Notes under the pieces: generated by a model | Database searches by the model: none | What the model was told of the DNA's origin: nothing | What the model saw: the letters and a program-made list of their open reading frames with translations, nothing else | Source: Zancudomyces culisetae HAW-14-8 | Taxonomy: Eukaryota > Fungi > Kickxellomycota | NCBI GenBank assembly: GCA_052426225.1 | Contig: JBNJNM010000006.1 | Span: forward strand, 2,666,001 to 2,730,000 | Reading direction: 5' to 3' | Length of the DNA: 64,000 nucleotides | Program-made: the position numbers and the translations under genes | Shown here: positions 49,917 through 60,963 of the stretch, in pieces | Numbering within the stretch: position 1 is the stretch's first letter | Layout: every line of letters starts with the position of its first letter

Positions 49917-52136
49917 ATGGACGTTTCCTTTCCAGTTAATGAGGAGTTTACAACCGCAGGGATAGCTCAAAATATTTACACATATGTAAATCAAATAACA
50001 CTATCTGGAGTTCCTACTCCAGTAATACCCATTCTTCCCCAAACATCTACACAAGAACCGAAACCAACACCAACACAAGAACAAACTGCAATGCCAACAA
50101 GCAATGAGCCACCTGGTAGCGCTAGTGGTACAGGTAGTGCAACACAGCCTGGGGATGCAGGTCTCGAGGAAACAATGAGTCCGAATGGGCCTGATCAATC
50201 ATCTAGTGGCCCTGGCGGACCTAGTGGGCAAGGTGGGCCAGGGGGTCCGGGTGTGGATATGTCTAATTACCCAATTATAGGCTTACCACCAGATTTGAGT
50301 GATGCTCATGTGCAAAGATTGAAGGACAGAGTTGGTGCCTCAAACTCGGTACCATTTATATATTTGTCCTTGTCGGTATTTTACGTGTTTTACACCATGT
50401 TTACATTTTTGTCCTATTATGTACGTACTGCTCCAAACAGAAGAGGATTCAACTATAGAAAAATTAAGCTTTTGTTCATACAAACGATAGTCAACGCAGT
50501 GGCAGGTGTATTGATCTTTGTCCGCTGCAGCTATGCTGAGCTACCAGAATTGATCATTATTATCTATTCGTTCGCAGGACTTATTCCATGGGCATTCTGT
50601 GTGCTTCTTAGAGCTTCCCAACTATTATATGCAATTAAGCTAAATGAAGCGCAGGTTTCATGCTATTCAGTAATCAAAGCGAGTACTACAGGTGTAACAG
50701 CTGGATCAGGAGAATATTACAACGATGGTTCAAAAAGCTGGATAAACCCCGAAGATAGCTTGAATTTGGGAAATGCTGTGGCATTCTATCAGCTCAAGCT
50801 TAAGAAGTTATCCAAAATGAAAAAATATTTCACAGAAAACTTTATGGTGTTGATATATTTTGGATTCCAGATATTGATGGTCGGTGTAGTTGTGTTGATT
50901 TCCTTGCTAAACAAAGATGATATTACTGCTGATGAGCATGGGTGGGGTGCAACCAAAAACCCTATAACTATTACTTTTATTCTGCTCTTTGGAATTATGG
51001 TATTGTTTGGATTTCCTTTGTTAGCTTACAGCATTAAGAAATGTCACGAATCGTACAACCTGAGGATAGAAATGATCTGTTCGGCAATAGTAACCGTGTT
51101 TGCAACCGCACTTTTCTTTATTTGGAATGCTTTGTCAGCTTCAACTCAAAAATCACTATCTGCCTGGACATGGTATTTTGTTGTTTTGCTCGCATCACAT
51201 ACAGCAGCAATATGTTATCCACTGTATAAATTGAACAACTACAGCGTGGCATACACAAAAGACGACTTTGACGATCAAAATACCAGAAGAACAACTAGAA
51301 GCACGTCGAAAAACTTTAGACCAAGTTTTACTGGTGTTGGTGCAGATAGAAGAAGGGAGTTTCTTGCATTGCTTGATAGTCCTTCGCTGTATCGACAATT
51401 GAAGCAATGTGCAGCGGATTACCTATGCTCAGAACTGGTACTGTTTCTAGATGAATACCAAACGTTGAAAAAAAGAGTATTGGAATATTTCGAGTCAAAT
51501 ACTGATATTCAAAATTCTTATAAAGGGGAACTTCATCCAGATGACTTTATGGATAGAAATTCAGTTTTGTCTAGAAAAAACGTGCATACACAATCCACCT
51601 CAGGAACGTATAGTAATAAAACTAGAAGCTACTTGGAAAATCCAGTGAACAACCAACTCAATGCGAACACCGACAGCGTTCAACTCAGCACAAAGAGCGA
51701 GAAAAACTCAGATATGCATGGTACCGCTTCAGGCTTTCCGTCGGTGGTTTTGGAAAGGTTTTTGTCAAATGCGCCCGTATCTCTTACAATCTGCGGATCA
51801 TTGGAATATCTATTCCCATCAGCAAATATATACTCAACTACACCAGCACCAAGAGAACTTCATCAGCTATTCAAGTCCTTTTGCTCTGTATTTATCGATC
51901 CCAACTCTGACCTGGTCGTGAATATCCACGGAAGTATTATCGACGAAATAATACAGCAGATTTCAGACGGCGAGATCACACTTGGCGTATTTGATGACGC
52001 AAGAGAGGAAATCCTTGATATGTTGTACTTTGGTGTGTTCCCACGATATTTGGATCTCAAGAACAAGAAACCAATGAAGAAAAGATGGTTTGACTTTAAT
52101 CTTGGTTGGTTTAGAAGGAAGCAACTCAAGATTTAA
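49917..52136 (+). CDS. Seven-transmembrane protein with a C-terminal split RGS domain (GprK/AtRGS1-type architecture)
   Basis: Seven hydrophobic segments, then FLALLDSPSLYRQLKQCAADYLCSELVLFLDEY and VFIDPNSDLVVNI..VFDDAREEILDMLYFGVFPRY (RGS helices). Confidence 0.82.
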   Translation: MDVSFPVNEEFTTAGIAQNIYTYVNQITLSGVPTPVIPILPQTSTQEPKPTPTQEQTAMPTSNEPPGSASGTGSATQPGDAGLEETMSPNGPDQSSSGPGGPSGQGGPGGPGVDMSNYPIIGLPPDLSDAHVQRLKDRVGASNSVPFIYLSLSVFYVFYTMFTFLSYYVRTAPNRRGFNYRKIKLLFIQTIVNAVAGVLIFVRCSYAELPELIIIIYSFAGLIPWAFCVLLRASQLLYAIKLNEAQVSCYSVIKASTTGVTAGSGEYYNDGSKSWINPEDSLNLGNAVAFYQLKLKKLSKMKKYFTENFMVLIYFGFQILMVGVVVLISLLNKDDITADEHGWGATKNPITITFILLFGIMVLFGFPLLAYSIKKCHESYNLRIEMICSAIVTVFATALFFIWNALSASTQKSLSAWTWYFVVLLASHTAAICYPLYKLNNYSVAYTKDDFDDQNTRRTTRSTSKNFRPSFTGVGADRRREFLALLDSPSLYRQLKQCAADYLCSELVLFLDEYQTLKKRVLEYFESNTDIQNSYKGELHPDDFMDRNSVLSRKNVHTQSTSGTYSNKTRSYLENPVNNQLNANTDSVQLSTKSEKNSDMHGTASGFPSVVLERFLSNAPVSLTICGSLEYLFPSANIYSTTPAPRELHQLFKSFCSVFIDPNSDLVVNIHGSIIDEIIQQISDGEITLGVFDDAREEILDMLYFGVFPRYLDLKNKKPMKKRWFDFNLGWFRRKQLKI

Positions 52137-52963
52137 TTTTCTTTTTCAACAAATATAAATTGTATAGATTAGCTTGATTATTACTCCTCAGAGAGAGTGT
52201 CGTGTTCTTTATCTTTTGGAAGAAAATGGTTTATTTTTTTCGGTTAGTTTCTCATAAAGACTATCAATATATTAGGAAATAAATGCATATTTCAATTAGA
52301 TAGGATGTGTAGTTTGAAGAATCCAATCGGTGTGGTATTTTGAGTCACGATGGGTGTTTAAAGGTTGAAATGAAAACCTGCAACATACATATATCAAAGT
52401 TTTGTATAATGTAAAATCAATCCCGTAGTAGAATTTTGGAGTGTTAATGTTAGTGTCAATATCAGGGTTAAAGCTATTGAATGTTTGCTAGTTCACAGAA
52501 AGATTCATTTTGTTCTACATCAAGGTAGAGCGTCCGTTTCAAAAACGACACAGTAGATAAAAGTTAAATGTATTAAAAACGTAATAAATAAAGAGAAACA
52601 AATAATTATTAGTCGGAGGGGGGGTGTAGGAGAAGGGATGAACAAACAAGAGTTGTTAACTGCAATTGATTAAGGCTCCTTACACATTTAGTTTAAACTC
52701 CAGCATGTTTAAAGCCTAATTGAATAATAGTTACAGTTTACTCAACATGAACAATGACTAGAGCGCATATGTAAACGAAATAGTCCAACCAATAGTCAAT
52801 TGAAATGAAAAGCAAAATTAAACACCAAAATTTGAAGCGGAAATAACATATTTAATTATATTTGTTTAAAATAGGCTGTATTTGCTATACGCATTTACAA
52901 AGAACCCAGAAAAACTAAAGGATAACAAGAATAAGGAAGGAATAAGCAGAAGGGAAAAAAAAG

Positions 52964-53676
52964 ATGAACAAGACGCTAAATAGGATAAGTAATACATCAT
53001 CATATGCCGTTTCGGTTCTGATGGTTCTTGTGTTGCTACTCTCATTTGTGACTATGAACTATAAGAGTGTTGAGGATGTAAAGTTTGAAGTTGAGGAACT
53101 AAAATTGTAAGTATGTTTACAATAACAATCTTGTATAGTTTATTGCACGTTATATTTTGGAATTAAAACTACAAATAGATGACAAAAATTCATATACTAA
53201 CGTGGTTAAATTTAACTATTAGGCTGGAGGGGGGAATGCATGACTATTACGATCCTACTTCCCGCAGAGCCGAGTTTTTAAAAGTCAAGTTTAATTTAAA
53301 TGTAGATTTGGAGCCTTTGTTTACATGGAACACCAAGCAATTATTTGTATATTTAGTGAGTGAGTATGAGCAAAGCGAACCTAAACCAAAGCAAAGCAAA
53401 GTGGTAATCTGGGATAGGATAATTACAAGGAAAGCAGGTAGCAAAAAGAAGAAGTCGAGTCTGCAAAAGAAAGAGCTGAATTTAAAAAAGCACATCAACA
53501 AGTACCGATTCCGCGATTTGTACACTTCATTTAATGGCAAAGATGTTAAAAACGGCAAACTATCACTAGTGATTGAACGTGTTCCATATATTGGATTTTT
53601 TACATCAAAGACCGAAGCCGCTGTTGACTTGAAAATTCCATACAAGGAAAAAAAAGTAAAAAGAAGGATTGAATAG
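52964..53676 (+). CDS. SPC3: Signal peptidase complex subunit Spc3/SPC22; exons 52964-53106, 53223-53676
   Basis: N-terminal signal anchor MNKTLNRISN..VLMVLVLLLSF, then FNLNVDLEPLFTWNTKQLFVYLVSEY, VVIWDRII, NKYRFRD and VPYIG. Confidence 0.92.
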
Positions 53677-53966
53677 TCAATTACAGACAGCAACAGGAGT
53701 AGAGGGAGGAGTAGGAGGAGGAGGAGGGTATTTTTAATATTGATGAGTTTATTAGTGATAGTGAATGTAAACTTTTATTTTCTTAACCATTTATAAACCT
53801 AAATTGATGCCCACGTTTCAATCAAAAAACTTTGTAATGCAAAAGAAAAAAGTTCAAATAAACTATGAAAATAAGTACATAGGAGTTAACATATACATCA
53901 ATCAATGGAAAAGTAAAGCAGTAGAGTTCAAAGATAAAATAAATAAATGAAAGCGAGTTATGTAGA

Positions 53967-56900
53967 CTAAACAGGAATGTAATCGCTGAGGCTGAAGCGT
54001 TCGGGCTGCCACTCTCCATTATAGATCACATGTATTTTGATATTTTCATGATAATCCAAGTTGGTTAGCAATTTAGGAGTAATCAGGAAAAACTGGGTGG
54101 AAACAGAGTCCTGAGAAGAATCAACGTCAGGCGTAGCGATGGTCGTGCTGTTCACAATCAAAGAATGAATAAGACGTTCATTTTTAGGGTCCATACCTTG
54201 GTTTACTTCATCAACAACGCGGAAGGGAGGTATACTGGAGACCGAGCCTTGAGACAGCGAAGAGGAAATAATTGCGGCCTGTAAAGCCTGGAGATACAGC
54301 GCCGTAGAAACGGCACGCTCACCACCGGATTGGCGATGGTTGGTTAGTAGTTGTACAGGTTCATTTGAGCGAAAACTTACATAAACATGAATGCCCCATA
54401 GATCAAACTGCTCATCCAATGAATCAGAGCGACGAGGAAGAAATTGGGGAGCAGTTGGGCCGCCACTAGCATTGATATTGGTCACCAATCGGACCTCTCC
54501 AAGACAGTTGAGAGTTTGCATGGCTGCAGCAAAGTGCGTACTGATGTTATCGACTAATTCGCGTAGAGGGGGCTCCCAAGAGTTTCGAAGCGTCTGTTTC
54601 TTGGCGGCCAGCTTTGAAAGTTTGGATTGAAGAGAAGTTATCCGCGCACGTTTGGACTCCACGTCCTGGAGTCGAGATTTGTATTCTTTGACGGCTCCGT
54701 GGCTTGCGGTTGACAACCCCTGCTTGTTAAACAGTGACAAACGTTGTAATGCCGAAGTTAGGCTGATTTCCAGATGCTGAAGGTCAGAGGATTCGGAAGA
54801 TTCAGACATAGAATCTCTGAGTGATTCGAGTTCTTCAGATGAAAGCTCAGTTTCGCGTGCTGCCAATTCTAGGTTTTCCAGACACTGGGAAACATAGGCT
54901 TTGGCCTTTTTGAAGTTTTCTGAAGCCTGTTCAAATAACACCGAGGCTGATTCGATCCGTTCCAGTGTCTCCGCAAAGCTTTGTTTGGTTGTTTGTAGCT
55001 GCGATTGGGCAACATATAATTGGTGGTGGGTCAAAACTAACTGGTTTTCTAAATGAACAACATCTGTAAATTCTTTACTGGCTCGACTGATAAGAACCAG
55101 CTTCTCACTAGAAGTAGATTTTATCGATTCAATGACCTTGGCTTCTTTAGCTTGTTTTGCAGATAGGCTCAGATCGCTAGCAAGAATTATCAACCGCGCC
55201 TTTTTAGACTCAAGTTTTACCCGACTTCGTTCCCAAACCTGAATCTCCCGATGAATGGTCTCCTTGACACGTTTCTGGTGAGAAAGTTGTGGTTGAATAT
55301 CGGATTCTATCGCTTGATTAAATTTAGACTCTTGGGCTAACAGTTTTTTGATCTTACCCTGATTTGCAGTTTGCTCTTCTCGAATCTTTTCAATTTGCTC
55401 ACCTAGTGATACCCTACGCCTTTGTAATTCAACACTATCTCCGTTGCTTAGAATAGAGTCTTGCGGATTCTTCACTTTTACTCGGCTAGTTGTTGTAAAA
55501 ACTTGTTTTTTGCCATATCTACTGCGAGTTACTTGATACTTTACGCCGTTGGCTATGTATGTTTTTAGCATCCCGGTTTGTGCTAGAGCCTCATGATCAA
55601 TATTCCCATTGAATGAAATTGGAATGCGGTGTAAATGGTCACTATTACACAGAGCCACCGTAACTGGTGGTGGGGCCTGGACCAAGTCTGTAGCAAAACA
55701 GTCAAACCCCCACTTTTTTAGTTCAGTCCGCGAAAATGGTGGTTTAAAATCTTCTAGGTTCAAATGGCTCAACATTACCGCATTCGTTCGCAGCTTCATT
55801 TCATCATTCAGTCGTTTTGTGAGATGTCGATAGTCTCTTTCATTTTGACATACAAAGGATTTTAACGTAGCCGGTTGAATTAGTGCCTCCAAAGTATCGG
55901 CGTGTTTCGAATCTACAAGTCGTAGCTCTAATGCAACAGGTCCAAACACATGTTCACTAAATTCCGTTCTACGGCTGTCCAGCCATTCTAATCCTTTAAC
56001 CGTGTCCGCATTATAGCGTTTCAGCACCTGGATCCGTTGTGTCTTTACATCCTCCAGCCGTTGCAGCTCTTCTGTCAACTGATTCAACCCTGACTGCCCC
56101 TCCCTAGCTGCATTCTTGATGTTTATTATCTGCTCCTGAACTTCTCTTAGATTTATTCTTATTTCCTTCTCCTTTTTCATCACCTCCTCTATCATTTTGT
56201 TTGCCTCTGCTATTCCCGAATCTGAAGGCCGCTCTCCCAATCCTTTTTCCATTTGTCTTATTTCTTGTTCTAATTCAGCCTTTTCGAGTTCTAGCCGCTC
56301 ATAATATTTTTCTATTTCTTTGATTTCGTTACGTTTATCATTGATTTTTTGTTCCAATTTATCTATTTTGTTTAACCTGATATCAATTTCAGATTTCTTG
56401 CTACCAATCTCGCCTTGTCTCTGTAATACTTCCTGCCTTGTATTCCGAATAAGCTGCTCATTTTTTTCAATAATCCTTTTTATCGGTCCTTGTTCTTTTA
56501 CAAGATTATTGTAGTTGTCTTTTAACATATTTCGTTCACTTTTACTCTCTGAATATTTCAATTGGGCTAGATTATATTTTGCAAACGGGATCTGATACCT
56601 TAAAGATTGAATTTGCTTCTCAAGTCGCTGGTATTCTTCAAACCTCTCCACTTCCTTTCGCAATCGTTCTCTTTGTTTTTCCAAATGCTCTACTGCCTCC
56701 TTCTCCTGATCAATCTCGTAATTTGCTCTCATTTCCTCTGCTTTAAGCTCAACCAATTGTTGCTGAAGCTCTGCCAAATTCTCCTTTCCAACAGCTCGTT
56801 GGGTAGCTTTGAGCATTTCTGCCCCATTCATTTTTGAAAACTCGACAACTTTATCTTGCGCCAAAAACTGACAGAGATTATCGATCTGTATATTTAATCT

Positions 56901-57557
56901 CTTGGTTATCTCGACTACCTTTGAAAATGTTGCTAAACCCCCATTTATTGTGTATGATGAAGAATTGCTACTAGCACTAATTGTCCTCCGAATAACTGTT
57001 ACTTTGTCTTTACCCGGCCCCTTTAAAGTGATTTCCACCCATCCCTTGTCGCATCCATGTTTAACAAAACCCTTCACCTCGGTACTACGTCCCAACAAGT
57101 TTGGTGAGCCCCCGAGTCCAAGTGCTATTGCACATACTATAGTACTCTTGCCTGTTCCATTAGGTCCTATTATCATGTTGAGATGAGAGCCTGGGCGAAG
57201 CTCACAATTGTCATACGCAAGAAAATTCTTTACAACTATTTTTAAAATTGACCCATCTCTAAAATCTGATATACTCTGTGTTCCGTTATTATGTTCTCTA
57301 TTTCGTTTTCTACTCAAGCCCTTGGAGTTTAGTGATCGCAAATCAACAGTAGAGGTATCATTATTTTCAGTTTGTGATTGTTGAAAAGACGAATCAGATT
57401 GAACTAAAAGTTCCTGATTTGATTTGTAACCTGAATCCGATTCGGTGGAAACTTGACTGCTAAATGACAATGTGGTTTGTTTAGCTCGCTTATTTCTATG
57501 ATCTTCCAGGTCACCAGTAGTATTATTAGTCTTACTTTGATTGTTTCGTTTAGACAT
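53967..57557 (-). CDS. SMC5: Structural maintenance of chromosomes protein 5
   Basis: Walker A GPNGTGKS with IVCAIALGLGG, NIQIDNLCQFLAQDKV, coiled coils, QSGGERAVST signature and FRVVDEVNQGMDPKNER. Confidence 0.96.
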   Translation of the reverse strand: MSKRNNQSKTNNTTGDLEDHRNKRAKQTTLSFSSQVSTESDSGYKSNQELLVQSDSSFQQSQTENNDTSTVDLRSLNSKGLSRKRNREHNNGTQSISDFRDGSILKIVVKNFLAYDNCELRPGSHLNMIIGPNGTGKSTIVCAIALGLGGSPNLLGRSTEVKGFVKHGCDKGWVEITLKGPGKDKVTVIRRTISASSNSSSYTINGGLATFSKVVEITKRLNIQIDNLCQFLAQDKVVEFSKMNGAEMLKATQRAVGKENLAELQQQLVELKAEEMRANYEIDQEKEAVEHLEKQRERLRKEVERFEEYQRLEKQIQSLRYQIPFAKYNLAQLKYSESKSERNMLKDNYNNLVKEQGPIKRIIEKNEQLIRNTRQEVLQRQGEIGSKKSEIDIRLNKIDKLEQKINDKRNEIKEIEKYYERLELEKAELEQEIRQMEKGLGERPSDSGIAEANKMIEEVMKKEKEIRINLREVQEQIINIKNAAREGQSGLNQLTEELQRLEDVKTQRIQVLKRYNADTVKGLEWLDSRRTEFSEHVFGPVALELRLVDSKHADTLEALIQPATLKSFVCQNERDYRHLTKRLNDEMKLRTNAVMLSHLNLEDFKPPFSRTELKKWGFDCFATDLVQAPPPVTVALCNSDHLHRIPISFNGNIDHEALAQTGMLKTYIANGVKYQVTRSRYGKKQVFTTTSRVKVKNPQDSILSNGDSVELQRRRVSLGEQIEKIREEQTANQGKIKKLLAQESKFNQAIESDIQPQLSHQKRVKETIHREIQVWERSRVKLESKKARLIILASDLSLSAKQAKEAKVIESIKSTSSEKLVLISRASKEFTDVVHLENQLVLTHHQLYVAQSQLQTTKQSFAETLERIESASVLFEQASENFKKAKAYVSQCLENLELAARETELSSEELESLRDSMSESSESSDLQHLEISLTSALQRLSLFNKQGLSTASHGAVKEYKSRLQDVESKRARITSLQSKLSKLAAKKQTLRNSWEPPLRELVDNISTHFAAAMQTLNCLGEVRLVTNINASGGPTAPQFLPRRSDSLDEQFDLWGIHVYVSFRSNEPVQLLTNHRQSGGERAVSTALYLQALQAAIISSSLSQGSVSSIPPFRVVDEVNQGMDPKNERLIHSLIVNSTTIATPDVDSSQDSVSTQFFLITPKLLTNLDYHENIKIHVIYNGEWQPERFSLSDYIPV

Positions 57558-58069
57558 GTTTATATAGTACTATTAGTTACATTATATACAATTATTTTAT
57601 GAATTTTTATAACCTCAACATTATCCAAGATTTGTTTGATTTATGATTCTTTTGTTTTGAAAACACTAAAATTTAATAAGCCAATAATAATGGAATGAAT
57701 ACGAAAATGATTTAAATTGATTTTTTTAACTAAAATGTACATATAACTAGTTTAAAAGTAAAATATAAGATTAAGGACAAAAATCAAATTGTAACATAAA
57801 TACTTACTAAAAATATATATCACTAACTAGGGATAACCACAGAAAAGGATCTCTGTGAAAACAACAAGGATGGGGAATACGGAACTGTGTATATAAATAT
57901 AAATATGAAAGTTAACTGATGATAGCTTAGCAGAAACATCATTGTGATAAAGTGAAAGATAACTCAGTTCTAGTCATATTCAACACGTGGTCATTTACTA
58001 TATTGGTAATACTTCCTTACAAAATGTCAATTAATTTACCAAAAGTAGCTAACAACAGTCTTGTAAACA

Positions 58070-58500
58070 TTAAATTGTTCCACAGTGAAGTAATGTGCTT
58101 ATATTTAAAACGCTGGGTAAAGACAACATCAAGAGCTCTGGACGCTGCAGGAATAGAAAGGAAGACCAAAGAGCAAAACTAATTTTAACTTGCATCGAAG
58201 GTAAAGCGTGATTAGATAGGGCTTTAATACACAGAGTTTGAAAATGAAGAGCTTAAAATTGAAGAGATAAAAAAATTAAAAATATTTATAGAAACTTTGC
58301 ATCCGCATTTAAACAAAAATTGCAGAATTTAAAACAAGCAGGGTATGTGCAGGAATTATAAGCAGGTTAACTAATTGTAGTATCAGTAACTTTTGAAAAG
58401 GATGGAATAAAACGTATTTATATATAAACGGATTGAGAAAAGAAATATTAAAGGCAATAGTAGACATTGTACCCGGAAATTTGAAGTGCCAAAAATAATT
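58070..58500 (+). pseudogene. Decayed retrotransposon gag relic
   Basis: Fragments in shifting frames: KRWVKTTSRALDAAGI, AKLILTCIEGKA*, KQKLQNLKQAGYVQEL* (58311-58361) and KTYLYINGLRKEIL (~58409-58450). They follow the order of Ty3/gypsy capsid motifs. Confidence 0.6.
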
Positions 58501-59099
58501 CACGGAATTCAAAACAAAGAAGTAACGATATCATCTAATGTGAGATCAGCATAACCAAGCTACATTAATGTAGATACACTAAAAGTATTGCCTCAAATAC
58601 AGAAAAGATTACTTACACAAGAGTCGACCAGATACCCAAATAAAACACATAACCTTTATAAATATAGTAAGCTAAACGAATACCTGTAGATACTAACTCT
58701 GAAGATGCGAAAAAACATTTTACAAATAAAAGACTATCTTTTAAAACGGAAGAATGAAAGTATGGCAAACTAAGATTAGAAATTATCTAAGGTTCCCTGT
58801 CTTTGGGTCGACAATGAGCCAGTACTAAAGTACCTAACCAGAAATAGGTATAGTTATCAAAAATTATAAAGCAAATATTTTTTAATATTTCGATTTTGAT
58901 ACTGCAACATAAAATTATGTAAAAAAATATACAGAATTAATACAAATGTCTAAACGTTAGAAATAGTTATTATACATCTATTGTATTATGATAATACTAT
59001 TAATTTAATCATACTAATAAATCCAAAGTAAAGATAATAAATATGAAGTATTTAACTACTTAATGAAAAACTTATAGTTTGGGTTTCTAATGTTTTATA

Positions 59100-60818
59100 C
59101 ATTGACTCAAAGAATTGTTCAAAGTTATTGATGTTCATTAATAAAATATTATATCTGACAATAAATAATAGATCAATAATAATTTAACATTTATTATACA
59201 GCCGAATACCATGTATAAACCATCAAATTATTTGAAATGAATAAGCCAACCAACTGTAGTTGAACATTTGAATAAAATTTTTATTTGAACTATATTTATG
59301 TTGTTAAATTATGTTTACAATTTAGTTAAAAACTTTTTCATATTAATTGATGATATAATATTTGTAAAATACTAAATAAAACTAAGATTATATAACAATA
59401 ATTTAAAGTAAATAAATTATGTATTATTGGTCAACTTAAATACGGTAAAAATACTCAAAAATGAAAAATATTGGTGTAATATAAATCTGCTAGATAATGG
59501 ATACTCATATACCTAATTGCTTCTAAACTATCTATTTGTATAAGGACAATATCTATCATAATAAAAATTATCGTTTATACAATAAAAATATAATTATTGG
59601 CAACCCAAATAAATTGACAAAAGCAAATGTGTCAGATACGCTTGAATTACCCATAGGTTTTAACATTAATTTTTAGTCATATTTAATTACCTTTGAATCC
59701 TAACTTGGAAAAATTAAGTTTCCCAACTTAAATAAATTAGTTTCCTGACAAAATGAGTGATTAATAATTCGGAAAATTACGTCTGGACAATTTGATACAG
59801 CGACAGACGCTACAAAATTTCTCAAGGATAATGGCCTCGTATCTGTGGTTCCTCAAACAGTGCGGAATAGCATGAAAACAGTGGTTAAGTACAAAACCTA
59901 TGGTCAAAAAACCTATGCTAAAATTAGGCCATATTAAACAACGACTTGCATTTGTTAAAAAATATCAGCATTAGACTGTAGAAGACTGGAAACGTGTGAT
60001 ATGGTCTTCGAGACTAAAATTAACAGATTTGGGTCAGATGGGCGCATGTGGTGCTGAAAAAAACAACGGAGCCAGTTAAAACCGAACCATGTTAAAAAAA
60101 CTATAAAACATGGTGGAGGTTCTATCATGATATGGGGATGCATGACTTCAGAAGGCCCAGGATATATTACTAAAATTGATTGCGGACTTAATGCAGAATT
60201 GTACTGTGATATTCTTGAAGATGAACTGGTAAAATCAATGAAGTGATGCGGCTTAGACAGGGAAAGTACAACTTTTCAGCATGATATCGATCCAAAACAC
60301 ACCGCTAAAATCACAAAAGCCTGGTTGCAAACTAACTCAATTCAGCGCTTGACTGACCAGCGCAGTCACCTGACCTAAATCCAATTGAACGACTATGGGT
60401 AAATTTGAAAAGACGGCTGTCAAATCACGAAAATGCACCAAAAGGGATAAACGAACTTTGGGACCGCGTACAAGACGAGTGGAAAATGATAACACGTGAC
60501 GAGTGTACGTCGCAAAGCAGTAGCATGCCAACAAGAATTAATGCTTATTGAAAGCCAGAGATGGATATACTAATACTAGTTTAATTATGTTTATAAATTT
60601 TTATAATTTTAGCAAAAAAATAGTTCAAATAAAATAATTAACAAAAAGTATAACTACAGGTGATTGGCTGATTCAAGTAATCTAAAAATTAAATAGGTAA
60701 TACATGGTCTATGAATGTATAATATTTGACAAATTTAGAGTGATACATATTAGTATTCGTGAGATAAAATAATTTTATAATGAACATCAAAAACTTTTGA
60801 CAATTTTTTTAGTCACTG
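59100..60818 (+). mobile_element. Inactive Tc1/mariner (DD34E) DNA transposon, 1719 bp, with TA flanks and ~215-bp imperfect TIRs
   Basis: TA|CATTGACTCAAAGAATTG ... CAATTTTTTTAGTCACTG|TA. The TIRs align over ~59100-59312 vs ~60601-60818. Transposase remnants: WKRVIWS-ETKINRFGSDG, KHGGGSIMIWGCM, FQHDIDPKHTAK, D*PAQSPDLNPIE (34-residue D-E spacing), with stops and frameshifts. Confidence 0.92.
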
Positions 60819-60963
60819 TATGTAAAATAATAACAGTTACTTTAAAATCAAATTGGTTCTAAATTAATTTCATGATTACCTAAATCAATTTATGTATCTT
60901 TGCTAAAATGGAAATTCAACTTACTAATTTAATTTAACTAAAATAAAAATAATATTAACTAAT

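Noticed and set aside
60055-60356. TGA=Trp alternative code or Sec in the transposase
   Set aside because: Co-occurs with a TAG and frameshifts, and host genes use TGG; this is pseudogene decay.
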